Positions 60,727 through 64,000 of a stretch of DNA of 64,000 nucleotides are shown one piece after another. Under the pieces are notes generated by a model that worked only from the letters and a program-made list of their open reading frames with translations, had not been told where the DNA came from and made no database searches. The number at the start of each line of letters is the position of its first letter. Positions within the stretch are counted from its first letter, which is position 1. A program made the position numbers and the translations under genes. Origin of the DNA: Caulobacteraceae bacterium (GTDB lineage: Bacteria > Pseudomonadota > Alphaproteobacteria > Caulobacterales > Caulobacteraceae); NCBI GenBank assembly GCA_052441165.1, contig JBQVQW010000014.1, forward strand, positions 799 through 64,798, given 5' to 3'.

Positions 60727-62298
60727 ATGAGCACCATGAACACAGTCGGCCGCCCGACCACCCCCAACCAGGTGAACTCGAAACCCGCCACCCTGACCGG
60801 CGCGCGCGGTTTGCTACAGAACGAGCACCTGATCTTCGAGAGCGATGGCTGGGGCAAGACCGGCGTCGACCTGCCGGAGCCGAAGACGGTCGGCTCGGAC
60901 CTCGGCGATCTGGTCCGCAAGGACCCCATCGGCCTGCCCGGACTCAGCGAGCCCGAGGCGATGCGCCACTATGTGCGCCTGAGCCAGAAAAACCACGCGA
61001 TCGACCTGGCCATCTACCCGCTCGGCTCGTGCACGATGAAGCATAACCCGCGGCTGAACGAGAAGATGGCGCGTCTGCCGGGCTTCTCGGACATCCACCC
61101 GCTTCAGCCCATGTCGACCGTACAGGGCGCGCTGGAGCTGATGGATCAGCTGTCGCACTGGCTGACGACCCTGACCGGCATGCCCGCCGTGGCCCTGTCG
61201 CCCAAGGCCGGCGCCCACGGCGAGCTGTGCGGCCTGATGGCCATCCGCGCCGCCCACGAGGCGTCTGGCGAGCATGAGCGCCGCCGCAAGGTTCTGGTCC
61301 CCACCTCGGCCCACGGCACCAACCCGGCCACCGCCGCCTTCGTCGGCTATTCGGTGGTCGAGGTCGCCCAGACCGATGACGGCCGCGTCGATGTGGCCGA
61401 TCTGGCCTCCAAGCTGGGACCGGACGTGGCGGCCATCATGGTCACCAACCCGAACACCTGCGGCCTGTTCGAGCGCGATATCCTCGAGATCAGCCGCCTG
61501 ACCCACGAGGCCGGCGCCTATTTCTACTGCGATGGTGCGAACTTCAACGCGATCGTCGGACGGGTCCGGCCGGGCGACCTGGGCGTCGATGCGATGCACA
61601 TCAACCTGCACAAGACCTTCTCCACTCCGCATGGCGGCGGCGGACCGGGCGCGGGTCCGGTTGTGCTGTCCGAGGCTCTCGCCCCGTTCGCCCCGGCGCC
61701 CTGGGTCGTCAGAGACGCCAACGGCTATCGTCTGGTCGAGCGCGAGGAAGACGAGGCCGCGCAGGCGTTCGGCCGCCTGTGCGCCTTCCAGGGGCAGATG
61801 GGCATGTATGTCCGCGCGCTGAGCTACATGATGAGCCATGGCTCGGACGGACTGCGTCAGGTGGCCGAGGACGCCGTCCTCAACGCCAACTACATCAAGG
61901 CGCGCCTGTCTGACCTGATGAGCCCGGCCTTCCCGGATGGGCCGTGCATGCACGAGGCGCTGTTCGACGACGAGTGGCTGAAGGGCACAGACATCACCAC
62001 GCTCGACTTCGCCAAGGCGATGATCGACGAGGGCTTCCACCCGATGACCATGTATTTCCCGCTGGTCGTTCACGGCGCCATGCTGATCGAGCCGACCGAG
62101 ACGGAGTCGAAGCAGGAGCTCGACCGCTTCATCGAGGCCATGCGCCTGCTGGCCGGGGCGGCGAAGGCCGGCGAGGTCGAGCGCTTCAAGGGCGCGCCGT
62201 TCCATGCGCCGATGCGGCGTCTGGACGAGACCCGTGCGGCCCGCTCGCCGGTGCTGCGCTGGACAGCCCCGGAGGGCTCGAACATCGCGGCCGAGTAG
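60727..62298 (+). CDS. gcvPB: Glycine dehydrogenase subunit 2
   Basis: YPLGSCTMKHNP, PKAGAHGE, HGTNPA, HINLHKTFSTPHGGGGPG (PLP Lys), IEPTETE. Confidence 0.97.
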   Translation: MSTMNTVGRPTTPNQVNSKPATLTGARGLLQNEHLIFESDGWGKTGVDLPEPKTVGSDLGDLVRKDPIGLPGLSEPEAMRHYVRLSQKNHAIDLAIYPLGSCTMKHNPRLNEKMARLPGFSDIHPLQPMSTVQGALELMDQLSHWLTTLTGMPAVALSPKAGAHGELCGLMAIRAAHEASGEHERRRKVLVPTSAHGTNPATAAFVGYSVVEVAQTDDGRVDVADLASKLGPDVAAIMVTNPNTCGLFERDILEISRLTHEAGAYFYCDGANFNAIVGRVRPGDLGVDAMHINLHKTFSTPHGGGGPGAGPVVLSEALAPFAPAPWVVRDANGYRLVEREEDEAAQAFGRLCAFQGQMGMYVRALSYMMSHGSDGLRQVAEDAVLNANYIKARLSDLMSPAFPDGPCMHEALFDDEWLKGTDITTLDFAKAMIDEGFHPMTMYFPLVVHGAMLIEPTETESKQELDRFIEAMRLLAGAAKAGEVERFKGAPFHAPMRRLDETRAARSPVLRWTAPEGSNIAAE

Positions 62299-62321
62299 GC
62301 CAGCGATCCTTATCGAAAGTC

Positions 62322-62356
62322 AGGCCCGCCGGTTCGTCCGGCGGGCCTTTCTTTTC
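62322..62356 (+). terminator. Intrinsic terminator of the gcv operon
   Basis: aggcccgccgg-ttcgt-ccggcgggcct followed by ttctttt. Confidence 0.8.
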
Positions 62357-62357
62357 T

Positions 62358-62828
62358 TCAGTGGGCCGGCGCGGCGCCGACCATGGAGCCGAGGCGCTTC
62401 TCCCGGGCGACCAGCCGGGCATAGACGTTGCCCAGCACGATGCCGAACACGGCATGGCTGACGATCATCCAGGCCAGGGTGCCGAAGCCGGCGCGCATGA
62501 AGAACATGCCGACGCCGGCGGCAGGCGCCACGGTCAGGCCCATGACCACGAAGGCAGCCACAGCGAACAGGATGCCCTTGGTCTCGGGCGTGTCCGTGGG
62601 CAGACGTGGACACAGGATAGCGAACAGCGGACCCAGCACGAGCGTGCCGGCGGCGAAATGCGCCACCCAGCCGACGGCGGGGTTGCCCGGCACCTGGACG
62701 ACGTAGGCGAGCAGTTGAGGAAACGCGACGGCCCAATGGCCGAACAGCATGTTGGCGGCTTCGATGACCGAGACCGCCAAAGTGGCCGCGAAACCGGCGA
62801 CCAGACCCTTTTGTACGCGTGACATCAT
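62358..62828 (-). CDS. Four-TM membrane protein (DUF6789-like)
   Basis: GLVAGFAAT, GWVAHFAAG...GPLF, SHAVFG.VLG pattern with two intramembrane His. Confidence 0.75.
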   Translation of the reverse strand: MMSRVQKGLVAGFAATLAVSVIEAANMLFGHWAVAFPQLLAYVVQVPGNPAVGWVAHFAAGTLVLGPLFAILCPRLPTDTPETKGILFAVAAFVVMGLTVAPAAGVGMFFMRAGFGTLAWMIVSHAVFGIVLGNVYARLVAREKRLGSMVGAAPAH

Positions 62829-62941
62829 GACCGATAGCGCCTCCCAACGCCTTCTTCTGGTTCTGATAACGCAGGGGAAGCATACGCCTGTTGGGCGAGA
62901 CCGGGTTCACGTTGCCGTGCTTCGCAGGTGCGGAAGAAACG

Positions 62942-62971
62942 AAAAGGCCCGCCGGGCTAGCCGGCGGGCCT
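62942..62971 (-). terminator. Intrinsic terminator of the atp F0 operon
   Basis: aggcccgccgg-gctag-ccggcgggcct with a U-tract on the minus strand. Confidence 0.75.
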
Positions 62972-62996
62972 GGTTCGTTGTGCGAAGGACGCGATC

Positions 62997-63512
62997 CTAG
63001 TTCAGGCGGGCGCCCAGCTGTGCGATCGCGGAATCCAGCAGCGGATCCGACGTCTGGCCGGCGAGGCGGGCGGACAGGATCTGCTCGGCGGCCTTGGCGG
63101 CAAGGTCGGTGGCGGAGGCCTTCACTTCGGCCATCGCCTGGGCCTCGGCCTGCTCGATGCGGCGCTCGGCCAGGGCCTGACGGCGGGCCATCGACTCTTC
63201 GAGCTTCACCTTGGCTTCGGCCTCGAGGCGACGGGCGTCGGCCTCGGCGGCGCGGAGCATTTCGGCGGCCTGGGCTTCGGCTTCGACCTTCTCGGCGCGG
63301 ATCTGGGCCAGAAGGGCTTCGGCTTCGGTGCGCAGGCGGGCGGCCTCGTCCAGTTCCGACTGGATCTTGGCGGCCTGCTCGTCGAGCTTGCCAGCGACCA
63401 GTTTCGGAACACCGGCCATGATCACGATGGCGAAGAAGATGATCAGACCGACGAGAACCCAGAGCTCCGGGTTGTCGAGGCTGTACATATGCGGATCGAG
63501 GAAGTGGGGCAT
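62997..63512 (-). CDS. atpF: ATP synthase F0 subunit b
   Basis: N-terminal TM (ELWVLVGLIIFF), Ala/Glu coiled coil; directly downstream of b'. Confidence 0.92.
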   Translation of the reverse strand: MPHFLDPHMYSLDNPELWVLVGLIIFFAIVIMAGVPKLVAGKLDEQAAKIQSELDEAARLRTEAEALLAQIRAEKVEAEAQAAEMLRAAEADARRLEAEAKVKLEESMARRQALAERRIEQAEAQAMAEVKASATDLAAKAAEQILSARLAGQTSDPLLDSAIAQLGARLN

Positions 63513-64000
63513 TACGCGGCTCCCTTGACGGCGGCGGCGACTTCGGCGGCGGTCGGAGCCTTGCCGGTCAGGCGCTCGACGATGGCGGCGGTGGCATCGC
63601 CGGCGATGGCGCCGACGTTGGCCATGGCCGCGTCACGGGTCTTGCCGATGGCGGCTTCGGCCTCGGCGATGCGCGCCGAAACAGCGGCTTCGTCGGCGGC
63701 CTTGCGGGCGGCGGCCTCGTCGGCGATGCGGGTTGCGGCGGCAGTCGCCGTGGCGCGGGCGGTCGAACGGGCGGCGGCGACCTCGGCCTTGGCGGCCTCG
63801 GCCTGGGCGGCGGCCTCGGCCTGCACCTGACGGGCAGTCGTGACAGCGGCGGAAATGGTGTCAGCGCGTTCGTCCATCACGCGGCGGATGCGCGGCGCGA
63901 AGACCTTGCTGATCAGCAGGTACAGGACGAAGAACAGGACCAGCAGGTAGGCGATCTGCCCGAACCAGTGCTGGGTCTCGAACTGCGGCAGGCCGCCGCT
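63512..64000 (-). CDS. ATP synthase F0 subunit b' (5' truncated by the window)
   Basis: The frame upstream of the ORF call reads GGLPQFETQHWFGQIAYLLVLFFVLYLLISKVFAPRIRRVMDER, typical of b'. Stop overlaps the atpF start. Confidence 0.92.
   Translation of the reverse strand, partial: SGGLPQFETQHWFGQIAYLLVLFFVLYLLISKVFAPRIRRVMDERADTISAAVTTARQVQAEAAAQAEAAKAEVAAARSTARATATAAATRIADEAAARKAADEAAVSARIAEAEAAIGKTRDAAMANVGAIAGDATAAIVERLTGKAPTAAEVAAAVKGAA

Overview
GC-rich alphaproteobacterial chromosomal segment. Gene order, the glycine riboswitch and REP-type repeats point to Caulobacteraceae, probably Brevundimonas-like (inference). It is mostly core genome: the 3' part of smc; a dcw cluster from mraZ to murG that stops after murG; rnpB; an AmiD-type amidase; sppA; panD; two SIMPL genes; a CAU-anticodon tRNA; msrC-SDR-citE-fabH; a heme-type TonB receptor plus a DUF6607-like gene; two M28 peptidases; petABC; trmL; hemF; a hybrid histidine kinase; rlmJ; a type IB topoisomerase; tdh and kbl; ispH; argS; add; the glycine-riboswitch-controlled gcvTH-PA-PB operon; and the atpF/b' genes. 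I saw no CRISPR array, transposase, integrase or prophage. The best candidate for an undescribed system is a two-gene envelope operon (21910-24906): a Sel1-repeat lipoprotein with a peptidoglycan-binding-like segment plus a secreted beta-helix protein with Arg/Asp/Tyr/Trp-rich tails, behind CtrA-like sites. Other notable signals: asymmetric CGTC-type REP doublets inside two operons, four TGGG boxes in exact 10-bp phase upstream of mraZ, one TGCGA-N5-TCGCA palindrome shared by the heme receptor and petABC promoters, a TonB-box-like motif inside a SIMPL protein, an MliC-DUF4232 fusion, and a sigmaT-like promoter on TopIB. Family assignments are by eye from motifs; no database searches were run.
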